This document shows, piece after piece, positions 27,659 to 37,670 of a stretch of DNA of 64,000 nucleotides. The DNA lies in contig JBJKRI010000004.1 of the NCBI GenBank assembly GCA_046704725.1, positions 64,001-128,000 on the forward strand, written 5' to 3'. The position numbers were made by a program, and so were the translations under genes. Origin of the DNA: Candidatus Woesearchaeota archaeon (GTDB lineage: Archaea; Nanobdellota; Nanobdellia; Woesearchaeales; SKIA01). Within the stretch, counting starts at the first letter, position 1. Each line of letters opens with the position of its first letter. The notes below the pieces were generated by a model, which worked only from the letters and a program-made list of their open reading frames with translations, was not told the DNA's origin and did no database searches.

Positions 27659-28533
27659 TGGCGCAGAGCGTCGTAGGCCTCGTAGAAAGCGTCGAAGACC
27701 TCCATGTCCGTCGTGACGGACACGAAATGATGGTGCAATTGGTCGCACACGTTGCGGATCTCGGCGATGTGCTGGTCGAGCATGCCCTGATAGGTGTGGC
27801 TGACACGACGCGTCACGTACGTCCGCAGTTCGGTGCCCTCCTCGCTGTCGCGCAGGACGTAATCACCCTCCATGGCGAAGGACCGCTCGATGGGATCGAG
27901 CACCTGCACGCACAGCACATCAGAGTGGCGGAAGCGCGAGAGGGTCTCGCGGATCTCGTCCACGCTGTACAGGAAGTCGGACAGCAAGATGATGACGGAC
28001 TTGTGGGTGATGAGGTTCTTGGCGCTCTCGAGGGATTCTGTGAAACGGCTCTTCCCCTTCACATCCACGTGGCGCAACGAATCCATGAGCAGCACCAATT
28101 GCTTGCGTCCTTTGCGCGCCCGCACGGGCTTGAGGGACTCGGCAAAGGTGGAGAACTCGAACTTCTCGTTGTCCTTGAGCGCAAGATACGCGAAACCAAT
28201 ACCCAAGAGCACGGCGAAATCGAACTTGCGGGGATCGCCGAAATCCATGCTCGCCGAAGCGTCCACGATGCAGTGCACCGTCGCGTTGCGCTCCTCCTCG
28301 AAACGGCGCACGTAGAACTTCCCCGTCCGGCCGTAGATGCGCCAGTCGATGTTACGGAAATCGTCTCCAGGGACATAATCCTTGTAGTCCTTGAAGGTCA
28401 GTCCGGAGCCCGCGAAAGACGACTCACGAGAGCCGTGGTACTTGCTCGATACGCGTCGCTTGAGCACGAGACGGAAACGGTCGAGCTGCCGGAGGAACTC
28501 GAGGCTCAGGTCCTTTCTCGCGGTCTTGGCCAT
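27655..28533 (-). CDS. DUF58 family protein
   Basis: Y.PGDDFR.IDW, DASASM, LSDF. Confidence 0.92.
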   Translation of the reverse strand: MAKTARKDLSLEFLRQLDRFRLVLKRRVSSKYHGSRESSFAGSGLTFKDYKDYVPGDDFRNIDWRIYGRTGKFYVRRFEEERNATVHCIVDASASMDFGDPRKFDFAVLLGIGFAYLALKDNEKFEFSTFAESLKPVRARKGRKQLVLLMDSLRHVDVKGKSRFTESLESAKNLITHKSVIILLSDFLYSVDEIRETLSRFRHSDVLCVQVLDPIERSFAMEGDYVLRDSEEGTELRTYVTRRVSHTYQGMLDQHIAEIRNVCDQLHHHFVSVTTDMEVFDAFYEAYDALRH

Positions 28534-28572
28534 GGGTTCGCACAGCGAAGGACGATATATAAGGACACCGGT

Positions 28573-29535
28573 CTAAGACGCCTTCTTGAGGAGTTCGCCG
28601 ATAATGTCGTCGGGGCTCTTTCCCTCGCGCTCGGCAGCGAAGCTGAGCACGATGCGATGCCGCAGGACAGGATACGCCATGGCGTCCACGTCCTTGGAGG
28701 AGACGAACTTGCGGCCTTCGATGAGAGCGCGCGCCTTCGCCGCCAATGTGAGTCCGATGCTCGCGCGAGGCGACGCTCCGTACTCGATGAGCTCCGGAGA
28801 GGTCCTGGTCAACTGCACGAGATTGACGATGCGTTTCTTGATGTCGTCGGCGATCGGCACTTGGCGTGTGAGCTTCTGGAGGAGCTTGACGCTGTTCTCC
28901 CCGAGCAGTGTGTTGACCGTCGGAGTATCCTTGGCCACCGTGTAGCGATCGATGATCTCGATCTCCTCCTGAGGGGATGGATACCCGACGAGGATCTTGA
29001 GCAGGAACCGGTCGGTCTGCGCCTCGGGAAGGGGATACGTGCCTTCCTGGTCTATCGGGTTCTGCGTGGCGAGCACGAAGAACGGCTCGTCGAGCTTGAA
29101 GGTCTGCGTACCGACAGTGACCTGCTTCTCCTGCATGGCCTCGAGCAGCGCCGCCTGCGTCTTGGGCGTCGCGCGGTTGATCTCATCGGCAAGCACGATG
29201 TTCGCGAAGATCGGGCCCTTCTGGAAGACGAAACGCTTCTTGCCCTCAGACTCCTCGATGATATAAGTCCCGGTGATGTCCGATGGCATGAGGTCAGGTG
29301 TGGACTGGATACGGCTGAACTCGAGGTCCATGATGTCCGCGATGGTCTTGATCATCGTGGTCTTTCCAAGGCCTGGATAGGATTCGAGCAACGCGTTGCT
29401 GTCGCACAAGAGCGCGACGAGTATCTGCGTGATGACCTCGTCCTGGCCGACGATGACCTTCGCGGCCTCTTTGGCGACATTGCCGAAGGTGTCCTTGAGC
29501 TTCTCGAGATTCTTGACCTGGTCGAGCTGCGCCAT
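28573..29535 (-). CDS. MoxR family AAA+ ATPase
   Basis: PGLGKT, TPDLMPSDITG, DEINRA, ATQNPI, LPEAQ.DRF. Confidence 0.95.
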   Translation of the reverse strand: MAQLDQVKNLEKLKDTFGNVAKEAAKVIVGQDEVITQILVALLCDSNALLESYPGLGKTTMIKTIADIMDLEFSRIQSTPDLMPSDITGTYIIEESEGKKRFVFQKGPIFANIVLADEINRATPKTQAALLEAMQEKQVTVGTQTFKLDEPFFVLATQNPIDQEGTYPLPEAQTDRFLLKILVGYPSPQEEIEIIDRYTVAKDTPTVNTLLGENSVKLLQKLTRQVPIADDIKKRIVNLVQLTRTSPELIEYGASPRASIGLTLAAKARALIEGRKFVSSKDVDAMAYPVLRHRIVLSFAAEREGKSPDDIIGELLKKAS

Positions 29536-29572
29536 CGGTGGGCAGGTGCCACGCGGCCTTATAAAGATTGCT

Positions 29573-30391
29573 CTACTTGGCGCACGCGCCCTTCGTCTGG
29601 CAGGCGTAGTCATTGATGAGTTGGACGTCCTCGGCCGAATAGACGCCTCCGGTAGAAGCGGCAGCCGCTTGCGGGGTGATGTCCGACGGGTAGTTGTTGT
29701 AGGTGAATGTTTTGGACTGCGGGTTGCCGACTTGGTCAAAACTCACTTGGGAACCCCCCGAACGCACTTGGACATTGAGCTTGTCGTTGCCGAGATTAAG
29801 CATCTGCGCATCCCCATAAGTCAGGTTCGTCGTGTTGAGTTTGGTGGGCGCGAAGAAATCCTTGATGCCGGTCGTCGTCTGGTTGTTCACGATGCTGCCG
29901 AGATTCACGTTCTGCAAGGGATTCGCCTGGATGAGGTACGGCGTGAAGCTGATGATCAGCGCAGGCATGAACGCGAGAAGAGCGATCGCGATGAGCTTGG
30001 TCATGACGGTCTTCGGCTTGATGAGCACGCCCGTAGACACCGTGGAGAGCTTCCGTTGCAGCTCATAGAGCAATCCTTGCGCCATCAACGTGTTCTCTCG
30101 TTGGTATTCGTAGGCGGTGCGCAGGATTTCATGCACTTCGGGATTCCCCCTCTCAATCTCGACGAGCACCGCCTTGCGGAAGCCCCTTGCGGTGCGCCAG
30201 GCGAGCATCACGACGGCGACGGCCACAGAAGGCCAGAAACTCATGTTGAAAATGGTGAGCACGATATTGATGGCGAAGAACACGATCGCCGCGTTCATCA
30301 GCTCGTTGAGGAACACGGCCTTGGCAACCTCCCGTCGCAACTCACGGAAGAGCCGGCGGGGAGCGAAAGGACTACGGGTGCTGACAGGCAT
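29573..30391 (-). CDS. Membrane protein of the MoxR-VWA cluster
   Basis: Three TM segments plus polar C-terminal domain; operonic. Confidence 0.7.
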   Translation of the reverse strand: MPVSTRSPFAPRRLFRELRREVAKAVFLNELMNAAIVFFAINIVLTIFNMSFWPSVAVAVVMLAWRTARGFRKAVLVEIERGNPEVHEILRTAYEYQRENTLMAQGLLYELQRKLSTVSTGVLIKPKTVMTKLIAIALLAFMPALIISFTPYLIQANPLQNVNLGSIVNNQTTTGIKDFFAPTKLNTTNLTYGDAQMLNLGNDKLNVQVRSGGSQVSFDQVGNPQSKTFTYNNYPSDITPQAAAASTGGVYSAEDVQLINDYACQTKGACAK

Positions 30392-30851
30392 AAAGCTCCC
30401 CCTGTAACGTACTGACCTGGGACTGGAGACTGGTAACCGTCCTTCCCAGGGCCGCGATCTGTGACGCGTCCTTTTGCATCGTCGACTGGAGATTGAGGTT
30501 CTGTTGCTTTGCCGATGCCAGCTCCACGTTGAGCTTGGCTATCTCATCGTTCGCTTTGGACAGGTTCGACTGCGTGGTCGCCAGCTCATTCGTCTTCTGC
30601 TGGAACAAGCCGACCGTCTTGTTCACATCACCCTGATAGGCCTGGAGCTGGGTCTGGGTCTGGTTGAGCGAAGCGAGCGTACCGGCCAAGGTCTGGTTGC
30701 AGGTGGCCGACGACTTGGACGCATCGAGATACTGGTTGCCGAGGCTGCTGAGCCGCTGCTGATAGACGACGGACATGCCCGCGATGAGCACGATACCGAC
30801 GAGGATGATGAAGAGCAGGAACAGGTTCACCTGCTTTTTCATGAATGCCAT
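30372..30851 (-). CDS. Membrane-anchored coiled-coil protein
   Basis: N-terminal TM followed by Q/L heptads. Confidence 0.7.
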   Translation of the reverse strand: MAFMKKQVNLFLLFIILVGIVLIAGMSVVYQQRLSSLGNQYLDASKSSATCNQTLAGTLASLNQTQTQLQAYQGDVNKTVGLFQQKTNELATTQSNLSKANDEIAKLNVELASAKQQNLNLQSTMQKDASQIAALGRTVTSLQSQVSTLQGELYACQHP

Positions 30852-30892
30852 GGACAGCCCTCCAGAACGAAACGACGCTTAAAAACCATTCG

Positions 30893-33280
30893 TTAGCGCC
30901 TCCGCAGCGCGAGCACGCGGCGCACGCTCACTTCAAGGACGAGGAGCACCAACGCGATGAGGAGCAAGGGCCAGGCGATCTGCACATGCTCGACACGCTG
31001 GAGCTTCTGCGCGGTCTTGACCTGTGTGATGATGGCGTCCACGGCGCTCGTGGGGAACACCCTCCCGCCGCTGAGGTTCAATGCCTGTGCAAGAGCGGGA
31101 GACACTCCGACACCAGCGTACTCGGCAGGATAGTTCACGGCGTACTGCGCACCGAGCACAGTATAGACCCCTGTCGTGTTCGGCGTGAGCGTCGCGACGT
31201 ACGTCTGGGGACTTTTCGGGACGAACGTGAGGTTTGCTCCCTGTGGGACCTGTTCGCTGCGCACGGTCACAGAGAGGGGTGCGCCGACGGTGCCGTCCTG
31301 GACGGCGACCTGGAATGAGTCCTTGCGCTGCGGATCGCCGATTGCCCAGTTGATGGTGCGCGACAAGAGCTTGCTGTTGGTGCCGGAGAGCAACGCTCCG
31401 AGATCGGGGCCGTTGTAGCCGGTGATGGAAGCCACGCGCCCCACGCCATAGTTCCAGACGGTGAGTATCGGGTCGCCGCCGTTGCTCGTGACGAGTTCCT
31501 CGCTGCCTGGCTTGGGAGCGACCTGGTTATAGCCGTAGAGCACCGCGTCCATGTTCTGCACGTTCGGATCGCTCGTGATGAAATGGTATTGGTTAAGCAC
31601 CACCGCGTCGAAAGCGTCTCCCTGACTGATATTGACTGGCTTGCCGAAGAGGATGGACAGCCGGTTCGCCTGTGTGGCCTTGAAGTACGCGCCGCCCCCC
31701 GCCGCCGCAATCTGCTGCAGCGCTGCCTGTCCGCCGGGATCGCTACCGACCTGGACGGTGAAGACCCGGCCGCCCTGCGCGGCGAGAAGCTTGCTCGCGG
31801 CGACCGCCTGCTGGACGTCCTGGGGTCCGGTGATGCCGTCGCTGATCAATATGATATTCTTGCTGCCGGAGCGCCCCTCGAGCATCTTCACAGCGCCCTG
31901 CACGCCCGTCGAGACCGATGTCCCGCCAGTGATATTGAGCCGTGAGACCTTGTCGATGATCGATTGCTTGTTGTTCCCGAGCTCCTGCACGGGCGTGATG
32001 ACGCACGCGCCGCTGCACGAGCCGCCGTAGTTCGGAGATGGATAGGTGAACGCGAGCGTCCCCACATAGTTCGAGGGGTTGAGCTCCTTGATGACGCTGA
32101 TGCCCAAGCTCTTCTCGAGCGTCTGCAGTCCGGTCGTGTGCACGGTGCTCTGCGAGAAGTCCATGGCGATGACGATGTTCGCGCCGCCCGGCGTGCGCGT
32201 GCCCGCGCCCACGCGCACAGGCAGCAAGGTCTCGAGCACGCTGTTATGGTACCCGCCCTGGTCGTAGCTATGCTGTCCTCCCACCACGACAAGCCCGTTG
32301 CCAGCGAGCACATACGGGCCCAACCGGGCAGCGTCGATCGTCGATGCAGGCATGTCGTTGAGGATGACCGCGTAGTAGCGCGAGAGGTTTTGCGGCAAGC
32401 TCGAGACGCGCGTCGCGTTGTACAGGCTGTTCACGATCTTCCATAACCCGGAATCCTTCTGCGTCACGTACAACACCTGGGGCTTACGGACCACGCTCAC
32501 CGTGTGCGTGAACACGTTGTTCTGGGAGAAGTGGTCATTGTCGAGGATCTTCGCGGTGATCGTGTGCTGGCCCTCGATGAACGGCTGCTTGAGAACGAAC
32601 GTGTCCTGCTTGTACTCGCCGTCGTACGCGACCTGTCCGTCAACGGATATCCGTAAGTGGACTGGTTGGTCGTCTGTGCGCGACAGCATAATGGTATAGT
32701 CCGTGTCGACGCCAGCGACAGCCTTCGAAGGTCCTTCGATGGTGACCGCCGCGTCGTGATGCGTAACAGGAAGGACGGCCGCGTTGAGCGTCGCGTTCAT
32801 CCCTGCGGCGAACGATGCCACGCTTCCCAGCGACGGGCCATCGGTCACCTGTCCGTCCGTGACGAGCAAGAGGTTCTCGTCCTGGGTCACGTATGACAAA
32901 GTGTCTGTCCCGAGCGTGGAGCGCATTGGCTGGCCGATGGTGCGCACCGTGACCGGGACTTTTTGCTTGAGCGCGTCGATGAACGACGGAATGCTCCCTT
33001 GGTCGAAGACGGACATGCTCGTGCTATTGTCCACGAGGACGGTGATGTGCGGCTCGCCCGGGCTGAAAGAGGTCTTGTCTATAGACGGTTGTGCGAGCGC
33101 GGCGACGAGCAGCACGATGATCAAGGTGCGCGTCACGAGCAGGAGCGCACGCACGAATCCCCGTCCGGAACGCTGCTGCGCAAAGGCGTCCCGAGGGAGG
33201 AAGTCCCTCGAGAGCAGCCAGAAGACGAACGCGATGAGCGCGGGCGCGACAAGCAAATACCATGGATGAGCGAAGTACAC
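30893..33280 (-). CDS. BatA-like/VWA/GATase-like multidomain membrane protein
   Basis: F.HPWYL...ALAQP; DNSTS and DFSQS MIDAS-like motifs; GG..SY..GGY; C-terminal TM. Confidence 0.85.
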   Translation of the reverse strand: MYFAHPWYLLVAPALIAFVFWLLSRDFLPRDAFAQQRSGRGFVRALLLVTRTLIIVLLVAALAQPSIDKTSFSPGEPHITVLVDNSTSMSVFDQGSIPSFIDALKQKVPVTVRTIGQPMRSTLGTDTLSYVTQDENLLLVTDGQVTDGPSLGSVASFAAGMNATLNAAVLPVTHHDAAVTIEGPSKAVAGVDTDYTIMLSRTDDQPVHLRISVDGQVAYDGEYKQDTFVLKQPFIEGQHTITAKILDNDHFSQNNVFTHTVSVVRKPQVLYVTQKDSGLWKIVNSLYNATRVSSLPQNLSRYYAVILNDMPASTIDAARLGPYVLAGNGLVVVGGQHSYDQGGYHNSVLETLLPVRVGAGTRTPGGANIVIAMDFSQSTVHTTGLQTLEKSLGISVIKELNPSNYVGTLAFTYPSPNYGGSCSGACVITPVQELGNNKQSIIDKVSRLNITGGTSVSTGVQGAVKMLEGRSGSKNIILISDGITGPQDVQQAVAASKLLAAQGGRVFTVQVGSDPGGQAALQQIAAAGGGAYFKATQANRLSILFGKPVNISQGDAFDAVVLNQYHFITSDPNVQNMDAVLYGYNQVAPKPGSEELVTSNGGDPILTVWNYGVGRVASITGYNGPDLGALLSGTNSKLLSRTINWAIGDPQRKDSFQVAVQDGTVGAPLSVTVRSEQVPQGANLTFVPKSPQTYVATLTPNTTGVYTVLGAQYAVNYPAEYAGVGVSPALAQALNLSGGRVFPTSAVDAIITQVKTAQKLQRVEHVQIAWPLLLIALVLLVLEVSVRRVLALRRR

Positions 33281-35100
33281 TAGATGTCACCTCGCCATTT
33301 CATGTATCCGAGCTCCACTATCAGGAGCGCGAGCACAGCGAGTATCGCGTATCCGCTGTACTCTGCGCGGTCGAACTGCGGGGCGCGGAGAAGCGAGCGC
33401 TGCTCCCCCGAACTGAGCACGGGCACGTTGATGTCTGATTCGGCGGCATCGAGAAGGTTCGCTGCGACATCGCCCTGCTCCGTGCGATAGACTCCCTGCT
33501 CTGCGAGCAGTATCTGGCCGTTCTGCGTGGAGCCGTCCGGCAGTTGCACCTGGCCGCCGAACGACGCGATCTCGCCAGTCTGCCTGTTCAGCGTTCGCAC
33601 GTCCTGACGGCCGAGGAGCTGGTCGAGCGCGTCCTTCCAAAAGACTGGATAGTCCGGGCTCTGGGAGAAGCTCGCTGTCGCCGGCAGGCCGTACCACAGC
33701 ACGGTACCCGCGCCGGTCGGGGAGAACGCGATGAGCGGGTCGCCCGCAGGGGATTGCGCGACCGTCTGCAGTGCGCGCGACGGGTGCGCTGCGAAACTGC
33801 TCGGCGTGCTGCCGAAATCGAGCCCTGTGTATGCTTTGAGGAGTTGCGTGTTCACGACTGGGCTCGCGCCCTTTCTCGAGATGAACGTTACCGGCAGCAG
33901 GTCCCCATAGCCGATGCCGAACACGTCTGGCTGCGACATGACGATCGCCGCTCCTCCCTGCCGGACGCGTTGCAACGTGTCGCGCGCGGTCTGCCCGACG
34001 AACAGTGCCGAGCTGACGTTATCGAATATCACCACGTCCTGGTCTATGGTGACCAAGGCTGGTGGTTTGTTGACGCTCAACGCGATATGCAGGGGTGTGG
34101 TGCGATTGATGCTGCGCAGCGCGTACCACAGTGGCGTCTTGGTGAAATCCCCGTTGGTCACCACGAGGACTTTCGCCTGGTCCTTCTCAGGCGTGGAGAA
34201 CTCGACCTGATTGTCGAGCGGGAACGCGTCCTTCGTGTCGATGGTGACTTTGGTGATTCCCGCCCCGAGCGTGATGGCGCGCTGCACGGTCTGCTGCGGA
34301 CCGATGGTGAGGGGTGCGCACGCGTTGTTCGCGCACAGTTGCGTGGTGACGCTTGTGGTGCGGTAGTTCTTGATGATGAGTGTTGCGTTGGATTCGCTGA
34401 GCGTCGCGCTCACGATGCCCACATTATCCGTCGAGGGGGTGTGCGTGCCTACCTGCGCCGCTTGGACGTCGTAGCCGCGTGCTTGCACGGTCGCGATAGC
34501 GTCTTCATAGTTCGTCGGGTCCTCTGTATCCGCGAAGTCGCTCACGATCACCACGCGCTCTCCGGGCGATGCGTATTCTTGGGCGGCGAGGATGGCTGAG
34601 CTGAGCTGCGTGGGCTGGTCCGAGGGCGTCCACGATTCGATGAACGCGCGCGCCGATTCCCGAGAGACATCCTTGAGCGGGACGCGGGGGATCGCTCCGG
34701 CGAGGATGATCGTGTCCTTGGGTCCGAGGCGGTCTATCGCGTCTTGTCGCTCCTGGATGAAGCGTGGGGTCCCTCCGTCCAGGGCGTGCATTGACGCACT
34801 GTCATCGAGGACGACGACGGTGTTGGTGGTGCTGCCCGGGAACAGGACGAACGGGCGTGCCAGCGCGACGGCGAGTCCGATGACCGCGAGCACCTGGAGC
34901 ACGAGCAGCAGGTCGCGGAACAGATAGCGGAAGAAGTTCAGGAAGCTCCGTTTGTCCCTGTCGCGCATGAGGAACATGAGCGACGGTATCGTCTGTGTCC
35001 GCGGCTTGGGACGGAGCAGATAGAGCAGGAATATGGGGATGAGGCCGAGCAGGCCGAGAAGACCCAGAGGGTCGCCGAAGATGCTGGAGAGTGCGGGCAC
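33280..35100 (-). CDS. BatA domain plus VWA protein
   Basis: IPIFLLYLLRPKP...PSLMFL, ALARP, DDSASM, VSDF. Confidence 0.85.
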   Translation of the reverse strand: MPALSSIFGDPLGLLGLLGLIPIFLLYLLRPKPRTQTIPSLMFLMRDRDKRSFLNFFRYLFRDLLLVLQVLAVIGLAVALARPFVLFPGSTTNTVVVLDDSASMHALDGGTPRFIQERQDAIDRLGPKDTIILAGAIPRVPLKDVSRESARAFIESWTPSDQPTQLSSAILAAQEYASPGERVVIVSDFADTEDPTNYEDAIATVQARGYDVQAAQVGTHTPSTDNVGIVSATLSESNATLIIKNYRTTSVTTQLCANNACAPLTIGPQQTVQRAITLGAGITKVTIDTKDAFPLDNQVEFSTPEKDQAKVLVVTNGDFTKTPLWYALRSINRTTPLHIALSVNKPPALVTIDQDVVIFDNVSSALFVGQTARDTLQRVRQGGAAIVMSQPDVFGIGYGDLLPVTFISRKGASPVVNTQLLKAYTGLDFGSTPSSFAAHPSRALQTVAQSPAGDPLIAFSPTGAGTVLWYGLPATASFSQSPDYPVFWKDALDQLLGRQDVRTLNRQTGEIASFGGQVQLPDGSTQNGQILLAEQGVYRTEQGDVAANLLDAAESDINVPVLSSGEQRSLLRAPQFDRAEYSGYAILAVLALLIVELGYMKWRGDI

Positions 35101-35181
35101 GCGTGTTCTGGAGGCGCGGTCCTTTTAAAGGCTTTTGCGGGACGATAGGTTTAAGTAGTTAGAGTACTATCTAGTAGTAAT

Positions 35182-35607
35182 ATGAATCGCATCATCGCAT
35201 TCATCCTCGCGGCCGCGCTGAGCGTGACGTTCGCGAGCGCCTATATCGGTTGGGGATACACCGCTTCACCGTACGGCTACGGCTCGAACTACGGCGCGTA
35301 CGGCTATTACGGCCTCTCGCAGTGGAACGCAGGTTACGGATACTCGGGCTACGGCTACGGATATGCGGGCTACTACGGCTCGGGAAGCATCGGCTCTCCC
35401 TCGACATGGGGAAACTACGTGAATAGCCCGTTCGGCTACGCACCCACAGCCACTCAGTACTGCGAGAACCAGAACACCTACGGTCACTGGGACACCTACA
35501 CGAACCAGTTCTACAGCGGCATGACCGGACAGGTGCGCTCCCCATGGAACGCACAGGCGAACGGCGGCTGCTACGGACTGTACCAGTACAACCCGACGTA
35601 CTACTAG
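35182..35607 (+). CDS. Secreted Tyr/Gly-rich low-complexity protein 1
   Basis: Sec signal ending ASA|Y; GYG repeats; ends in YY. Confidence 0.8.
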   Translation: MNRIIAFILAAALSVTFASAYIGWGYTASPYGYGSNYGAYGYYGLSQWNAGYGYSGYGYGYAGYYGSGSIGSPSTWGNYVNSPFGYAPTATQYCENQNTYGHWDTYTNQFYSGMTGQVRSPWNAQANGGCYGLYQYNPTYY

Positions 35608-35617
35608 GGCAAGGATT

Positions 35618-36061
35618 ATGAAGCGCGAAGACATGCTCAAGAACGTGAAACGCGCAGGGATCATCATCGGCGCTGTCGCGATATTCCTGATGACGGTCTT
35701 CGCCGCGACGGCGACGACCGCCTACTGGTACGACGACTCCGGTTGCACCGGTATGTACGGATGCAGTCCATACACCTATGGATATGGATACGGCAACACC
35801 TACGGCTACGGCAACGCGTATGGCTACGGACAGCCGTGCAACACCTACGGATACGGACAGATGCCGTGCGGCCACCAGCAACCGATCATCCTCACCAACT
35901 ACGGCGGAAGCAGCCCATACGGCGCGCAATACAACCCTTATGGCTCCCAGTACTATCCGTACGGCGGATACTCCTACCCATACAGTGGGTACGGACAATG
36001 GAGCCCCGTCCTGTTCAATAGCTACCAGCAGGACTACACGGGCTTCAACCGCTACTACTAG
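35618..36061 (+). CDS. Secreted Tyr/Gly-rich low-complexity protein 2
   Basis: Signal ending TTA|Y; YGYG(N/Q) and PYG repeats; ends in YY. Confidence 0.8.
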   Translation: MKREDMLKNVKRAGIIIGAVAIFLMTVFAATATTAYWYDDSGCTGMYGCSPYTYGYGYGNTYGYGNAYGYGQPCNTYGYGQMPCGHQQPIILTNYGGSSPYGAQYNPYGSQYYPYGGYSYPYSGYGQWSPVLFNSYQQDYTGFNRYY

Positions 36062-37050
36062 ACGCGGACCGGGACCTCGTCGGTGCGTTCATACGGATCG
36101 ATGCCCGCTTTCGAAGGAATGTGCGTGATGCCCTTCCCGAACAATTCCAGACCGAGCAAGGCGATCATCGCGCCGTTATCGACGAGGAACTGCTTCTCGG
36201 GACAGAAATACCGCGCGCCGCGGGCCTCGCACATGATACGGCACATCTCCTGGAGGCAAGCGTTGCAGGCCACGCCACCACCGAGGACCAAGGCATCCTT
36301 CTGCGTGTGGGCGAGCGCGCGCTCGGCCACCTCGATGAGCATGGAAAAGGCGGTCTCCTGGACGGCGAACGCGATCGCGGCGGGCTTCTCTCCTCGCTCT
36401 ATCAGTTTCCGCACAGCGGTCTGCATGCCGGAGTACGAGACGTCCATGCCCTTGACGGCGTACGGCAGCTCGAGCAACGGACCGTCGTAATCAGCGGCGA
36501 GACGTTCAAGCTTAGGCCCGCCAGGAAAGCCCAGCCCCAAGAGCCGCGCCACCGTATCGAGAAAGTTCCCCACGCCCAGGTCGAGGGTCTCGCCGAAGAT
36601 GCGGTACGCACCGCCCTCGCGCGCGATGACCTGTGTGTTCGCTCCTGATGCATAGAGGAGGACTGGATCGTCCTCGTGGCCCTGGACGCGACCGATCTCC
36701 AGATGGGCGACGCAATGATTGACGCCGACCAGGGGCTTTTTGTAGCGCAAGGCGAGGCTGCGGGCGACGCCAGCGCCGATGCGCAAGGCATGGCCGATGC
36801 CCGGCGAACGAGCGTACGAGATAAGATCGATATCTTGAATCGATACTCCCGCCTCCCCGAGCGCTTTTCGGACGATGTCGGGCCCGACGCGCACATGATG
36901 CTCGGAGAGCTTGGCCGGGACCAGTCCACCGGTCTTCGTCGTGAACAGGTCGCGGACGTTCGAGAGGATGAGCGGATCGCCACCCTCCTTCTTAACGACA
37001 CTCGCGCCGAAGGTATGCGCGGTGGACTCGATACCCAGGCAGAGCGTCAT
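36058..37050 (-). CDS. kae1: t6A synthase Kae1/TsaD
   Basis: GIESTAHT, VNHCVAHLEIG, GGVACN, DNGAMIA. Confidence 0.96.
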   Translation of the reverse strand: MTLCLGIESTAHTFGASVVKKEGGDPLILSNVRDLFTTKTGGLVPAKLSEHHVRVGPDIVRKALGEAGVSIQDIDLISYARSPGIGHALRIGAGVARSLALRYKKPLVGVNHCVAHLEIGRVQGHEDDPVLLYASGANTQVIAREGGAYRIFGETLDLGVGNFLDTVARLLGLGFPGGPKLERLAADYDGPLLELPYAVKGMDVSYSGMQTAVRKLIERGEKPAAIAFAVQETAFSMLIEVAERALAHTQKDALVLGGGVACNACLQEMCRIMCEARGARYFCPEKQFLVDNGAMIALLGLELFGKGITHIPSKAGIDPYERTDEVPVRV

Positions 37051-37100
37051 GCAGGGGTGGGACAGTAAGCGCTTAAAAACCTGCGGGGCTTCTCCCGCGT

Positions 37101-37670
37101 ATGGATGACGAAGGAGCGCTCCTGCAGCGCGCCGCAGAGCGCTTCGGCAGGGAGGAACGGATATCCAAAGCCTTGCAGACGGCCAAGCACGCCCACGACG
37201 GGCAGCACCGGAAGACCGGCGAGCCATTCCACAATCACGTCATCGCTGTGGCGTTGGAAGCAGTAGGGATAGACCATCCCGCGGTGGACGTCGACACGGT
37301 GATAGCGGCGCTGTTGCACGACGTCGTAGAGGACACGACGATGACCAACCCCGACGTTGTCGCGCTCTACGGGGTCGACGTCGCCCGCATCGTGGAGGGC
37401 GTGACCGACCCGCGCCTCGGGGACACGCGGGAGGAGCGAGACGAAGCGTTCCTCGCGCACGTGAAGCGTACCGGACGAGAGGACGTGCGCGTCCTGCTCG
37501 TCAAGCTGGCCGACCAGCTCGACAACACCAAGACGCTCGAGGTGCACGATCCCGAACGTCGCCGTGAGCTCGCCCGACAAGCCATCCTATGGTATGCGCC
37601 CATCGCGAACGAGCTTGGCCTGCCGCGGGTCGCGGAACGGCTCGAGCACCAAGCCCGGAAACATCTCTAG
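37101..37670 (+). CDS. Stand-alone RelA/SpoT-type HD hydrolase
   Basis: H.GQ.RKTGEPF..H, LLHDVVEDT, VKLAD.LDN, YAPIA..LG. Confidence 0.88.
   Translation: MDDEGALLQRAAERFGREERISKALQTAKHAHDGQHRKTGEPFHNHVIAVALEAVGIDHPAVDVDTVIAALLHDVVEDTTMTNPDVVALYGVDVARIVEGVTDPRLGDTREERDEAFLAHVKRTGREDVRVLLVKLADQLDNTKTLEVHDPERRRELARQAILWYAPIANELGLPRVAERLEHQARKHL

Noticed and set aside
35260-35860. TACGGCTACGG-like short repeats as a DNA repeat element
   Set aside because: Explained by Tyr-Gly codons of the encoded proteins
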